Below the pieces are notes generated by a model, which was given only the letters and a program-made list of their open reading frames with translations, did not search any database and was not told the DNA's origin. Shown here one piece after another: positions 31,620 through 41,258 of a DNA stretch of 43,593 bases (the first letter of the stretch is position 1; every line of letters begins with the position of its first letter). The stretch covers positions 1 through 43,593 of the forward strand of contig CAVFYB010000002.1 of assembly GCA_963626845.1 (NCBI GenBank), given 5' to 3'. The position numbers and the translations under genes were made by a program. Origin of the DNA: Bacteroidaceae bacterium. GTDB taxonomy: Bacteria; Actinomycetota; Coriobacteriia; Coriobacteriales; Eggerthellaceae.

Positions 31620-33842
31620 TTACAGGTGCAGTACGCGATCGCGGATTTCCTCGGTGCGACCCTGGTTCCAGAACTGCGTGCCAATGTATCCGCAGGTACG
31701 GCGGGCAACGTTGAGCTTTTCCTGGTTGCGGTTGCCGCAATGCGGGCATTCCCATACCAGCTTGCCGTCGTCTTCGACGATCTGGATCTCGCCGTCGAAG
31801 CCGCACTCCTGGCAGTAGTCGCTCTTGGTGTTCAGCTCGGCGTACATGATGTGGTCGTAGATGAACTGCATCACGCGCACCACGGCCTTCAGGTTGTCCT
31901 GCATGTCGGGCACTTCCACGTAGCTGATGGCGCCGCCGGGCGAAAGCTGCTGGAACTGGCTTTCGAAGCGCAACTTCTCGAACGCGTCGATCTCCTCGCT
32001 CACGTGCACGTGGTAGCTGTTGGTGATGTAGCCCTTGTCGGTCACGCCGGGGATAACCCCGAAGCGGCGCTGCAGTGCCTTGGCGAACTTGTAGGTAGTG
32101 GACTCGAGCGGTGTGCCGTACAGGCTGAAGTCGATGTCGGTTTCCGCCTTCCACTCGGTGCACTTGTCGTTCATCTTCTGCATAACCGCCATGGCAAACG
32201 GCGTTGCAGCATCGTCGGTGTGGCTCAGGCCAGTCATGTACTTCACGCACTCGTAGAGGCCCGCATACCCCAGGCTGATGGTGGAGTACCCGCCGTAGAG
32301 CAGCTTGTCGATGGGCTCGCCCTTCTTCAAGCGCGCCAGGGCACCGTACTGCCACAGGATGGGGGCAGCGTCGGAAAGGGTGCCCTTCAAGCGGTTGTGG
32401 CGGCACATCAGAGCCTTCTTGCACAGCTCCAAGCGTTCCTCGAAGATCTCCCAGAACTTGTCCATGTCGCGATACGAAGAGCAGGCAACGTCCACCAGGT
32501 TGATGGTGACCACGCCCTGGTTGAAGCGGCCATAGTACTTCGGCTTGCCCGGCTCGTAGTTGCCGGCGTTGGCAACGTTGTTGTAGCCGTTGCCGGAGCG
32601 GTCGGGGGTCAGGAAGCTGCGGCAGCCCATGCAGGTGTAGCAGTCGCCGTTGCCCTCGGTTTCACCCTTGGAAAGCTTCAGCTCGCGCATCTTCTTCTCG
32701 GAGATGTAGTCAGGCACCATGCGCTTCGCCGTGCACTTGGCGGCAAGCTGGGTAAGGTAGAAGTAGGGCGAGCCCTCGGAAACGTTGTCTTCCTCGAGCA
32801 CGTAGATCAGCTTCGGGAATGCCGGGGTGATCCATACGCCCGCCTCGTTCTTCACGCCCTCGTAGCGCTGACGCAGAACCTCCTCGATGATGATGGCCAG
32901 GTCGGCCTTCTCCTGCTCGGAACGGGCCTCGTTCAGGTACATGAACACCGTGACGAACGGGGCCTGGCCGTTGGTGGTCATCAGCGTAACCACCTGGTAC
33001 TGGATGGTCTGCACGCCGCGGCGCACCTCGTCGCGAAGGCGCGATTCCACGATGCGCGAAAGCTGCTCAGCGCTGGGCTCTACCCCAACCTCGTTCAGCT
33101 CGCGGATAACGTCGGCGCGTATCTTCTTACGGCTTACCTCCACAAAGGGAGCCAAATGGGTAAGCGAGATGGACTGCCCACCGTATTGGCTCGAGGCAAC
33201 CTGCGCGATGATCTGCGTGGCGATGTTGCATGCGGTGCTGAAGCTATGGGGCTTCTCGATGAGCGTGCCCGAGATAACCGTGCCGTTCTGCAGCATGTCC
33301 TCCAGGTTAACCAGGTCGCAGTTGTGCATGTGCTGCGCGAAGTAGTCGGAGTCGTGGAAGTGGATGATGCCCTCTTCATGGGCGCGGACCACGTCTTCAG
33401 GAAGCAAGATGCGGGTTGCCAGGTCCTTGGAAACCTCGCCCGCCATGTAGTCACGCTGAACAGAGTTCACCGTGGGGTTCTTGTTGGAGTTCTCCTGCTT
33501 GACTTCCTCGTTGTTGCACTCGATGAGCGCCAGGATCTTATCGTCAGTGGTGTTGGACTGACGCTTCAGGTTCTGGACGTAGCGATAGATGATGTAGCGG
33601 CGCGCCACCTCGAACTTGTGAAGCGCCATGATCTCGTTTTCGACCATGTCCTGCACTTCTTCGACAGACACCGTATGAGCCAGCGACTCACAGGTGTCGG
33701 CAACATTGTGAGCGGCGTAGTCGATTTGGCGAGCAGTAAGACGCTCTTCCTCGGGGGACTCATCGCTGGCACCCTTGATGGCGTTGGCGATTTTGAGCAA
33801 GTCGAAAATTGCCTCGGAACCGTCGCGCTTGATGATCTTCAT
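31620..33842 (-). CDS. nrdD: Class III anaerobic ribonucleoside-triphosphate reductase
   Basis: N-terminal ATP cone (IIKRDG), MGCRSFL, GRFNQG, CxxC...CxxC, RRTCGYI glycyl-radical motif. Confidence 0.98.
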   Translation of the reverse strand: MKIIKRDGSEAIFDLLKIANAIKGASDESPEEERLTARQIDYAAHNVADTCESLAHTVSVEEVQDMVENEIMALHKFEVARRYIIYRYVQNLKRQSNTTDDKILALIECNNEEVKQENSNKNPTVNSVQRDYMAGEVSKDLATRILLPEDVVRAHEEGIIHFHDSDYFAQHMHNCDLVNLEDMLQNGTVISGTLIEKPHSFSTACNIATQIIAQVASSQYGGQSISLTHLAPFVEVSRKKIRADVIRELNEVGVEPSAEQLSRIVESRLRDEVRRGVQTIQYQVVTLMTTNGQAPFVTVFMYLNEARSEQEKADLAIIIEEVLRQRYEGVKNEAGVWITPAFPKLIYVLEEDNVSEGSPYFYLTQLAAKCTAKRMVPDYISEKKMRELKLSKGETEGNGDCYTCMGCRSFLTPDRSGNGYNNVANAGNYEPGKPKYYGRFNQGVVTINLVDVACSSYRDMDKFWEIFEERLELCKKALMCRHNRLKGTLSDAAPILWQYGALARLKKGEPIDKLLYGGYSTISLGYAGLYECVKYMTGLSHTDDAATPFAMAVMQKMNDKCTEWKAETDIDFSLYGTPLESTTYKFAKALQRRFGVIPGVTDKGYITNSYHVHVSEEIDAFEKLRFESQFQQLSPGGAISYVEVPDMQDNLKAVVRVMQFIYDHIMYAELNTKSDYCQECGFDGEIQIVEDDGKLVWECPHCGNRNQEKLNVARRTCGYIGTQFWNQGRTEEIRDRVLHL

Positions 33843-34032
33843 GCGAACCCCTATCTATCCTGCAGGCGGTTTTGCCGCCCAATAACCTGAATAGGTATTG
33901 CCGCACCCAGCAAATGGGTGACCTCGCACAGAACCGCTTGGTTCTGTGCGAGCGAGGGCTATATTACGCCGAAGATTTCTTGAAATAACCCCTTGATTTT
34001 ATAAACGGCAAAGATTTCTGCACGCTATATAT

Positions 34033-34080
34033 ACGCTATATATTGTATTAGTGAATAAATACGAACACATTATGTCGATT
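34033..34080. promoter_or_regulatory. Tandem NrdR-box-like sites
   Basis: ACGCTATATATTGTAT (34033-34048) and ACACATTATGTCGATT (34065-34080), 32 bp apart. They resemble the acaCwAtATaTwGtgt consensus and lie upstream of nrdD. Confidence 0.65.
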
Positions 34081-34328
34081 CCATGGCGATAAAACAGAGT
34101 TTTATTGTTAGAGTAGGAAGCCAAGTAAATCAAAAATATGAGGTTGCTCTACGTATGTCCAAGAACGCGATGAGCATCTATTGACTGACCGGGGATCACA
34201 AGCGAATGAGGTTCGAGGGCTTGGTGAGACAGCAGAACCCGCCAAGCAAACAGAACACTCACTTCGATTCCACTAGAGCGCCCACCGGCCAAACAGACGA
34301 ATACGCACCAAGCGGTCCAAAAGGACGT

Positions 34329-34745
34329 CTACGATTTCTTCTCCACTACCTCGCCACACTTGGGGCAGGTTACGCGCATCCTGCCCTTGCCTTTCGGCAC
34401 GTTGAGCATCGCGCCGCAGCCCTTGCACTTGAAATAGAGGGTGGTTTTGCGGTTCTCGTAGCGCTTGTTCGTAAGGCGCCACCATGCCTTGGGCTTCTGC
34501 ATAAGGCGAAGATAGGTATCCAGCTCTTTCCGGCGGGCTTGGTGGTTGCGGGAGTAGCAACGAAAAAGCGCCAACACCATAAGCACCAGCGAAACGGTGG
34601 AAAGGATGCCGGATTGGACGAAGAAGTTGATGACAATAAGCACGCAGGCAACAATCATCATCGCCTGCATCAGCTCGTCCATGCCGTAGCGTCCCACCAT
34701 CCACTGAGCCATACGATATTTCCAAGCGCCTCCGCGATTGCCCAT
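34329..34745 (-). CDS. Hypothetical membrane protein with C-terminal Zn ribbon
   Basis: GRYGMDEL, two TM segments, CKGC...VPKGKG...CPKC; GAAAGGA RBS. Confidence 0.8.
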   Translation of the reverse strand: MGNRGGAWKYRMAQWMVGRYGMDELMQAMMIVACVLIVINFFVQSGILSTVSLVLMVLALFRCYSRNHQARRKELDTYLRLMQKPKAWWRLTNKRYENRKTTLYFKCKGCGAMLNVPKGKGRMRVTCPKCGEVVEKKS

Positions 34746-35027
34746 GGGGAAAGCCGTCCTTTCGTTGCTTACGAGACCCTATAGTACCCACACGGCACTA
34801 CAAAGGGACCAACGCCGCCATAACGCCATCAAGACGTTGCCAAGCACCCTACACAATCCCCAAAGTGTCGTACCAAGCAACCCGCCTCATGGTCACTCGC
34901 CGGTAGGACTGCACGCCGCACAACCCCGCCGAACCTTCCCTCAACTGCAAACAGCAAACCATCGGACGATTAGGCGGCTCCACTAGGCTCCACCAACCCA
35001 CGATCTTGATATCTAGCCCGCAAACAC

Positions 35028-35057
35028 AAAAAGGGATCCGATGAATCGGATCCCTTT
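35028..35057 (-). terminator. rplQ terminator
   Basis: AAAGGGATCCGAT-GA-ATCGGATCCCTTT with an A-run on the left side. Confidence 0.85.
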
Positions 35058-35088
35058 GAAGTTCGGATGCATTGCAACCGTGAAAAGG

Positions 35089-35583
35089 TTATTCGGCCTT
35101 TTCCTCGGTAGCGGCTTCCTCGGCTGCTGCCTCTTCTGCCTTAGGCTCCTCAGCAGGCTTCTCTTCCTTCTTGGGAGCTTCCTTCTTGGCAGCGGGCTTT
35201 TCGGCCTTTGCCTTGGGCTGGCAGGGCTCGGTAACGAGCTCCATGATTACCATGGAAGCGTTGTCGCCCTTGCGGTTGCCAAGCTTCATGATGCGGGTGT
35301 AGCCACCCTGACGATCAGCGAACTGACCCTGGGCAACCTTCTCGAATACCTCGCGTACCAGCTCCTTGTCGCCGAGCTTGGCGATAGCCAGACGGCGGGA
35401 ATGCAGGTCACCCTTCTTTGCCCACGTGATGATCTTGTCCACATCAGGACGGATCTCCTTGGCGCGAGCCTCGACCGTCTTGATGCGGTCGTTGGTGAAC
35501 AGAGCGGCAACAAGGCTCTTCTTCATTGCCTTGGTATGGCTGAAGTCGGTGCCAAGCTTACGGCCCTTGTAGTTGTGCCTCAT
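35089..35583 (-). CDS. rplQ: 50S ribosomal protein L17
   Basis: MRH..GRKLG, IKTVEARAKE, GGYTRIMK; Ala/Glu/Lys-rich tail. Confidence 0.97.
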   Translation of the reverse strand: MRHNYKGRKLGTDFSHTKAMKKSLVAALFTNDRIKTVEARAKEIRPDVDKIITWAKKGDLHSRRLAIAKLGDKELVREVFEKVAQGQFADRQGGYTRIMKLGNRKGDNASMVIMELVTEPCQPKAKAEKPAAKKEAPKKEEKPAEEPKAEEAAAEEAATEEKAE

Positions 35584-35594
35584 CTTAAAATCTC

Positions 35595-36545
35595 CTATTG
35601 CTTCAAATTGAGGTCCATGGAAATGAGCTTGTCCTTCACTTCCTCGATGGACTTCGCACCAAAGTTCCTAATGTTGAGCAGGTCGTTCTCGGAGTACTCG
35701 ACCAGCTGACGCACGGAGTGGATGCCGGCGCGCTTCAGGCAGTTGTAGGAGCGGACGGAAAGGTCCAAGTCCTCGATCTGCTTGTCGAGCTCAGCGTTCG
35801 TCTCCTGGTTTTCGGGGGCGAAGATGGAAACTACCTCGCCCTCTTCGTCTTCCTCAACCTCATCGAGCATAAGGAATGCGCCCATGTACTGGTTGATGAT
35901 GTTCGCAGCACGGCACACAGCCTCGGTGGGGTTGATGGAACCGTCGGTCTCAACCTCAAGAACAAGCTTGTCGTAGTCGGTGCGCTGGCCAACACGGGTG
36001 TCGGTGACGCCCATGGTGCAGCGACGAACCGGCGAGAACAGCGAGTCGACGTGGATGATGCCAATGGGATCCTCCGTGCGCTTGTTGCGCTCAGCGGATA
36101 CATAGCCGCGCCCAACGCCGATGCGGACGGTCATATCAAGCGTTCCGCCATCAGCAACGGTTGCGATGACATGCTCGGGGTTGATCAGGGTGAACTCGGT
36201 GGGTACCTCAAGATCAGCGCCCGTGACGGTGCAGGGGCCCTCAGCATGCACATGCGCAGTGGCTTCGCTGATGTCACCGTTAAGGGCGCTGAATACCAGG
36301 CCCTTAACGTTCAAGACGATATCGGTGATGTCCTCGATCACGCCCTCGGCGGTGGTGAACTCGTGCTGAACGCCATCGATCTGGATAGCGGTCGCCTTCG
36401 CTCCGTCCAAAGACGAGAGCAGAACACGACGCATGCAGTTGCCAAGGGTGTAACCGTAGCCACGCTCTAGCGGCTCTACGACGTAGCGGGCAACGGTTTC
36501 GTTGACCTCTTCGATCGTTACTGTCGGCCTCATGAACTCTGTCAT
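35595..36545 (-). CDS. rpoA: RNA polymerase alpha subunit
   Basis: EPLERGYGYTLGN, HEF, LSVRSYNCLKRAGI, RNFGAKS. Confidence 0.99.
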   Translation of the reverse strand: MTEFMRPTVTIEEVNETVARYVVEPLERGYGYTLGNCMRRVLLSSLDGAKATAIQIDGVQHEFTTAEGVIEDITDIVLNVKGLVFSALNGDISEATAHVHAEGPCTVTGADLEVPTEFTLINPEHVIATVADGGTLDMTVRIGVGRGYVSAERNKRTEDPIGIIHVDSLFSPVRRCTMGVTDTRVGQRTDYDKLVLEVETDGSINPTEAVCRAANIINQYMGAFLMLDEVEEDEEGEVVSIFAPENQETNAELDKQIEDLDLSVRSYNCLKRAGIHSVRQLVEYSENDLLNIRNFGAKSIEEVKDKLISMDLNLKQ

Positions 36546-36582
36546 ATTGAATAAGCCTCCTTAATAAACCGCAGTGCGTTTG

Positions 36583-37179
36583 CTACTTCGAGTAAAGTTC
36601 GACGATAAGCTGCTCGTTGATGTCGAGATCGATCTGATCGCGCTCGGGAAGAGCAAGAACGCTGCCCTGAAGCTTCTCGATGTCAACCTCGAGCCATGCG
36701 GGAACCTGAACGCCTTCGTTGGAAACGAGAGCGGACTTGATTACCAGAAGCTCCTTTGCCTTGGGGGCAACTGCGACGAGGTCGCCGGGGCGCACGCGGA
36801 AGGACGGGATGTCCACGCGGCGGCCGTTCACCTGGATGTGGCCGTGGGTCACGATCTGGCGAGCTTCCTTGCGGGTCTTGGCAAAGCCAAGGCGGAATAC
36901 AACGTTGTCGAGACGGGACTCGAGGATGCGCATGAGGTTTGCACCGGTAACGCCGGGCATGGACTTAGCGCGCTTGAAGTAACCGAGGAACTGCTTTTCC
37001 AGAACGCCGTAAATGAACTTGGCCTTCTGCTTCTCGCGCAGCTGCATACCGTATTCGGATTCCTTGCGACGACGCTTGGGCTGACGGATGGATTCCTTCT
37101 TGCTGCTGTAACCGAGAACAGCAGGATCCAGACCGAGCTGGCGACAACGCTTGAGAACCGGAGTCCTATTAATTGCCAT
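36583..37179 (-). CDS. rpsD: 30S ribosomal protein S4
   Basis: SEYGMQLREKQK, LESRLDNVVFR, EQLIVELYSK. Confidence 0.98.
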   Translation of the reverse strand: MAINRTPVLKRCRQLGLDPAVLGYSSKKESIRQPKRRRKESEYGMQLREKQKAKFIYGVLEKQFLGYFKRAKSMPGVTGANLMRILESRLDNVVFRLGFAKTRKEARQIVTHGHIQVNGRRVDIPSFRVRPGDLVAVAPKAKELLVIKSALVSNEGVQVPAWLEVDIEKLQGSVLALPERDQIDLDINEQLIVELYSK

Positions 37180-37198
37180 AGTGTATCGATCCTTTCAG

Positions 37199-37597
37199 TT
37201 AGACGCGACGACGCTTGCGCTGACGGCAACCGTTGTGCGGGATAGGGGTGCAATCCTGGATGCTGGCTACTTCGAGGCCTGCTGCCTGAAGGGAGCGGAT
37301 AGCGGTCTCGCGACCGGAACCGGGGCCCTTCACGTACACAGCGACCTTCTTGAGGCCATGCTCCATAGCGGTCTTTGCTGCTGCCTCAGCTGCCATCTGA
37401 GCTGCGAACGGCGTGGACTTACGGGAGCCCTTGAAGCCGACGGTACCAGCGGACTGCCAGGAGATCACATTGCCCTGAGGATCCGTGATGGAAACGATCG
37501 TGTTGTTGAAAGTGGATTTGATGTGTGCAGCGCCAACAGCGATGTTCTTGCGGTCAGAACGCTTGATGCGCGTGCGAACGTTTTTCTTAGCTGCCAC
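37199..37597 (-). CDS. rpsK: 30S ribosomal protein S11
   Basis: [25 protein letters not shown]. Confidence 0.99.
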   Translation of the reverse strand: MAAKKNVRTRIKRSDRKNIAVGAAHIKSTFNNTIVSITDPQGNVISWQSAGTVGFKGSRKSTPFAAQMAAEAAAKTAMEHGLKKVAVYVKGPGSGRETAIRSLQAAGLEVASIQDCTPIPHNGCRQRKRRRV

Positions 37598-37608
37598 TAG
37601 TTACACCC

Positions 37609-37977
37609 CTATTTCTTCTTGCCGCCGATTTGACGCTTCGGGCCCTTGCGGGTGCGAGCGTTCGTGTGAGTGCGCTGACCGCGAACGGGAAGGCCGCGGC
37701 GATGGCGCAGGCCACGATAGCAGCCGATCTCCATGAGGCGCTTGATGTTCTGGGATACCTCGCGATGCAGGTCGCCCTCAGTGGTGAGGTTAGCCTGGAT
37801 GTAGTCGCGAAGCTTGGAAAGCTCATCTTCCGTGAGATCGTTTACGCGGGTGTCCGGGTTTACGCCGGTCTCTGCGAGGATCTTCTTAGAGGTGGTAAGG
37901 CCGATGCCGTAGATATAGGTCAAGCCGACTTCAATGCGCTTGTCGCGAGGAAGGTCGACACCAACGAGACGTGCCAT
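37609..37977 (-). CDS. rpsM: 30S ribosomal protein S13
   Basis: [34 protein letters not shown]. Confidence 0.99.
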   Translation of the reverse strand: MARLVGVDLPRDKRIEVGLTYIYGIGLTTSKKILAETGVNPDTRVNDLTEDELSKLRDYIQANLTTEGDLHREVSQNIKRLMEIGCYRGLRHRRGLPVRGQRTHTNARTRKGPKRQIGGKKK

Positions 37978-37996
37978 GAATACGTTCCCTTTCTCT

Positions 37997-38110
37997 TTAA
38001 CCCTGACGCTGCTTATGACGAGGGTTCTCGCAGATTACGAGCACCTTGCCATGACGTCGAATGATCTTGCACTTGTCGCACATTTTCTTGACCGAAGGAC
38101 GTACCTTCAT
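37997..38110 (-). CDS. rpmJ: 50S ribosomal protein L36 (not in the ORF track)
   Basis: Hand translation [47 protein letters not shown]. Confidence 0.97.
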   Translation of the reverse strand: MKVRPSVKKMCDKCKIIRRHGKVLVICENPRHKQRQG

Positions 38111-38192
38111 ATCATTTTCCTTTCGGTAATGTGTTTCTTTTTATCTACCACGCCCAGCCGCAGGCGATAGTTTGCTTGGTGAAATGCGTTTC

Positions 38193-38411
38193 CTACTTGT
38201 AGCGATAGGTGATACGGCCACGATCGAGGTCGTATACGGAAAGCTCGACCTGGACCTTGTCGCCGGGAAGGATCTTGATGTAATGCATGCGCATCTTGCC
38301 AGAGATATGGGCCAAGATCTCATGACCGTTCTCAAGCTCGACCTTGAACATAGCGTTCGGAAGGGCTTCTACGACGGTTCCCTCAAGCTCGATTGCATCT
38401 TGTTTAGCCAA
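38193..38411 (-). CDS. infA: Translation initiation factor IF-1
   Basis: [25 protein letters not shown] start with AAGGAG RBS. Confidence 0.98.
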   Translation of the reverse strand: MAKQDAIELEGTVVEALPNAMFKVELENGHEILAHISGKMRMHYIKILPGDKVQVELSVYDLDRGRITYRYK

Positions 38412-38454
38412 GACAGCTCCTTTGATACAGGTAGGTAGTCAAACGCAAATGGAA

Positions 38455-38483
38455 AGTCTATCAACCCGTAGGTTTTTTTGCAA
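38455..38483 (-). promoter_or_regulatory. Sigma70-type promoter of the infA-rplQ operon
   Basis: Minus strand TTGCAA, 17 bp, TAGACT (with TG extension). Confidence 0.7.
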
Positions 38484-38645
38484 GAAAGCCCCACAAGGCC
38501 ACCACATGTTGCCGATGTGGCCGCAAAGCAGGCTTCACCCGATGCAGAGCCGGGGCAAAATCGTGCTGCTCGCGAGTTGAGACACCGAGCAGAACGTGTT
38601 CCCGCCCATGGCTCTTTCGCCCGCACCCGCATCTTCTTCGGCAGC

Positions 38646-38678
38646 AAAAAGGCCGCAACCTGAACAAGGCTGCGGCCT
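38646..38678 (-). terminator. tRNA-Lys terminator
   Basis: Minus strand GGCCGCAGCC...GGTTGCGGCC-TTTTT. Confidence 0.8.
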
Positions 38679-38688
38679 GATGGTGCGA

Positions 38689-38764
38689 TGGTGCGCCGTG
38701 AGGGAGTCGAACCCGCGGCCTTGGGATTAAAAGTCCCCTGCTCTACCAGCTGAGCTAACGGCGC
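38689..38764 (-). tRNA. tRNA-Lys(TTT)
   Basis: GCGCCGTTAGCTCAGCTGGTAGAGCAGGGGACTTTTAATCCCAAGGCCGCGGGTTCGACTCCCTCACGGCGCACCA, 76 nt. Confidence 0.95.
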
Positions 38765-38783
38765 ATCTCATAAGCAGTCGTAA

Positions 38784-38812
38784 ATAATACGGCATGCACC
38801 ATGATTGGTCAA
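38784..38812 (-). promoter_or_regulatory. tRNA-Lys promoter
   Basis: Minus strand TTGACC, 17 bp, TATTAT. Confidence 0.75.
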
Positions 38813-38889
38813 TCGGGCGATACCGGCGCGAGCCGGCGAGGAAACCGCGGGTGCAGCTGCCTCATCCCGCTAGGCTTCAACCCCAGGCA

Positions 38890-39354
38890 TCAGCAGGAAA
38901 GCCGTTCCAGGTCCACGAACTCGACACTGGCTACCTTGCCGGCATCGATGATGATGCGGGCGATGCTCTTCACGCTTCCCCCGCGCGGCTTGCTGGCGCT
39001 TCCCGGGTTCAAGTACAGGACGTTGCCGATACGCTCTTCGCGGGGAATATGCGTGTGCCCGTGCACCACCACGCGCACATCTTCAGCGGGCGTACCGATG
39101 TCTTCGGGGCGGTGCGTCATGAAGAAACGCACACCGCCGATGCGGGGGCTTGCGGTGAAGGGGATGTCCATGCCACGCAGGCTGGTATCGCAGTTGCCCA
39201 GCACCGCAACAGTGGGCGCCAGGGCATCAAACTCCATCAGGATTGAAGGGCGCTCCACATCGCCGGCGCACAGGATAAGGTCGCACGGCTCCAGCGCCCG
39301 CTCGGCTTCTGCGCTCAGGTTGCCATGTATGTCCGAAATAACGCCGACCAGCAT
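38890..39354 (-). CDS. YfcE-family metallophosphoesterase
   Basis: SDIHG, AGD, GNCD, HGHTH, LNPGS. Confidence 0.92.
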   Translation of the reverse strand: MLVGVISDIHGNLSAEAERALEPCDLILCAGDVERPSILMEFDALAPTVAVLGNCDTSLRGMDIPFTASPRIGGVRFFMTHRPEDIGTPAEDVRVVVHGHTHIPREERIGNVLYLNPGSASKPRGGSVKSIARIIIDAGKVASVEFVDLERLSC

Positions 39355-39362
39355 TACAGTCC

Positions 39363-40331
39363 CTAGAAACGCAGGGCTTCGGGGTTCAAACAGTCTGCGG
39401 GGCGCTTGCCCAGTACCACGTCAATCGCCGCCTGCATGCTGCGATGGTGCAGCTCCAGGCCCGATTCCTCCGACCAGTAGGCAACATGCGGGCTGAGCAC
39501 CGTATGCGGGGCCTTCAGCAACGGGTGGTTGAAATCGACGGGCTCGCCTTCGAACACGTCTATTCCGGCACCCCAGAGCCTGCCTTCTTCGAGCGCATTG
39601 GCAAGCGCCACTGTGTCGATGACGGCGCCGCGCGAAGTGTTCACCACCACAGCAGTGGGCTTCATGGCTGCCAGCGCTTCGGCATCGAGCATATGGTGCG
39701 TCTGCGGGGTGAGCGCCGTATGGAAGCTCACCACGTCGGAAACGCGCAGGAGCTCTTCATAGGAAAGGATGTCGTAGCCTTCGGGGGTGCGCCTGCCCGG
39801 CGTGAGCGAGCGCGAGTAGCACACCACTTTGAAGCCCAGACCAGCCGCCTTCTTTGCACAGCAACGACCGATCTCGCCCATGCCGACCACACCGAAGGTG
39901 CGGCCGAACACCTGCCCATAGGGGCGGTGGCGCGCATAGTCCCACACACCGGCGCGCATGTCGGCATCGGTTTCGTTCAGGCGGCGCAAGCAGGCAAGCG
40001 CCAGCGATATCGCCTGGTCGGACACCACTTCGGTACCATAGCCGGGCACCACGCACACCGCCGTGCGGTTCTTGGTGGCGGCTTCCACATCGATGCTGTC
40101 GTAGCCGATGCCGGTACGGCTTACCACCTGCAAGTTGGGCAGCGCCTCGAACACCTTCGCTGGGAAGTTGCCGTACGAGGTGACCACGCCATCGGCATCG
40201 GCGGCGTTCTTGATGATGGCCTCGGGGCTTCGGTCTTGGAACAGGGTTATCTCGATACCGGCCTTGGCGGCCATCTCCACTTCGATGTCGTTGCTATCGA
40301 AATCGGTGTCTACCACGACGATCTTCGGCAC
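39363..40331 (-). CDS. D-isomer-specific 2-hydroxyacid dehydrogenase (CtBP-like)
   Basis: GIGYDSID, GMGEIG, VNTSRG, DVFEGEP, SPHVAY. Confidence 0.92.
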   Translation of the reverse strand: MPKIVVVDTDFDSNDIEVEMAAKAGIEITLFQDRSPEAIIKNAADADGVVTSYGNFPAKVFEALPNLQVVSRTGIGYDSIDVEAATKNRTAVCVVPGYGTEVVSDQAISLALACLRRLNETDADMRAGVWDYARHRPYGQVFGRTFGVVGMGEIGRCCAKKAAGLGFKVVCYSRSLTPGRRTPEGYDILSYEELLRVSDVVSFHTALTPQTHHMLDAEALAAMKPTAVVVNTSRGAVIDTVALANALEEGRLWGAGIDVFEGEPVDFNHPLLKAPHTVLSPHVAYWSEESGLELHHRSMQAAIDVVLGKRPADCLNPEALRF

Positions 40332-40389
40332 GGCTCTTCCCTTCTTCTGTTTGGCTGCGAACCCCGCGCTCAGCTGAGGCGCCGGCGCG

Positions 40390-41103
40390 CTACCACCACT
40401 GGGTAACGGTGCCCGACTGGTTCAGCGACACAGGCTCGCTCTTCGTTTCAGGCTCCATCCTGGTCAGTACCCCAACGAAGTCCTTGATGCGCGCCAGGAA
40501 CTCGCGCTCCTCGTAGGATTGCTTGTCGGCGTACTCGCTTAGGTCGCTGCCCACGCCGCGGGCATCTATCCCGAAGGCGCGCGCATCGTACAAAGCGCGG
40601 TACAGATGGTACTCCTGGGTAACCACGACGCAGCGCTGCACGCTGAAAACATTCTTTAAGCGGTACATGGAGTCGTACGTGGAGAGGCCGGCGTGGTCGC
40701 AGAAGATGTCGGCGGCCGGAACGCCGTTCGCGCGCGCGTACTTCGCCATGGCCATGACCTCGTTGTAGGAGGAATCGGAGTTGTCGCCGCTCATGATGAT
40801 CTTGGGCGCAACGCCGGCGTTGTAGAGCGACGTGGCGACGTCGAGCCTGTCTTTCAGGATGGCGGAAGGGCTGCCGTCCCAGTTGATGCCCGCACCCAGG
40901 ACCACGATGGCGTCGGCATCGAAGCTTGCGGCGTCCGAACAGGCCTGCTGCTGGGCTTCAATAGCGGAACGGGTAGAGCCGCAGACCCAGGCGTTGATTC
41001 CCAGGGGGATGCCCACCACCACGATGACGGCGGCAAGGACCAGGCCCAATACTGCCCGTACCAGCCTGAATAAACATCCGTGTTGTCTGCACCTGCTTCC
41101 CAT
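40390..41103 (-). CDS. SanA/YdcF (ElyC/DUF218) family protein
   Basis: IVVLGA, DRLD, SGDN...YNEV, DHAGLSTYDS, VTQEYHLYRA, RE motif. Confidence 0.9.
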   Translation of the reverse strand: MGSRCRQHGCLFRLVRAVLGLVLAAVIVVVGIPLGINAWVCGSTRSAIEAQQQACSDAASFDADAIVVLGAGINWDGSPSAILKDRLDVATSLYNAGVAPKIIMSGDNSDSSYNEVMAMAKYARANGVPAADIFCDHAGLSTYDSMYRLKNVFSVQRCVVVTQEYHLYRALYDARAFGIDARGVGSDLSEYADKQSYEEREFLARIKDFVGVLTRMEPETKSEPVSLNQSGTVTQWW

Positions 41104-41258
41104 GGCAACCGATCATAGCAAAGCATTCCGAAGCCCTGGGAACCTTCACGCGGTAAGCGCGTTTTGTTCGATTAGGCGTCAGAAACAAGCAAGGACCCCG
41201 GAAATCCGGAGCCCTTGCAGTTGAACTCAAATGCGCAGCGCAGGTTCTGCGGCAATGG

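Noticed and set aside
31119..33890. 923-aa + strand ORF opposite nrdD/nrdG (similar ORFs lie opposite eno, glyA, glpK and leuS)
   Set aside because: Same antisense-shadow effect; each fully overlaps a clearly real gene.
35089..35220. Low-complexity C-terminal extension of L17
   Set aside because: Ala/Glu/Lys-rich L17 tails are common in Actinomycetota.
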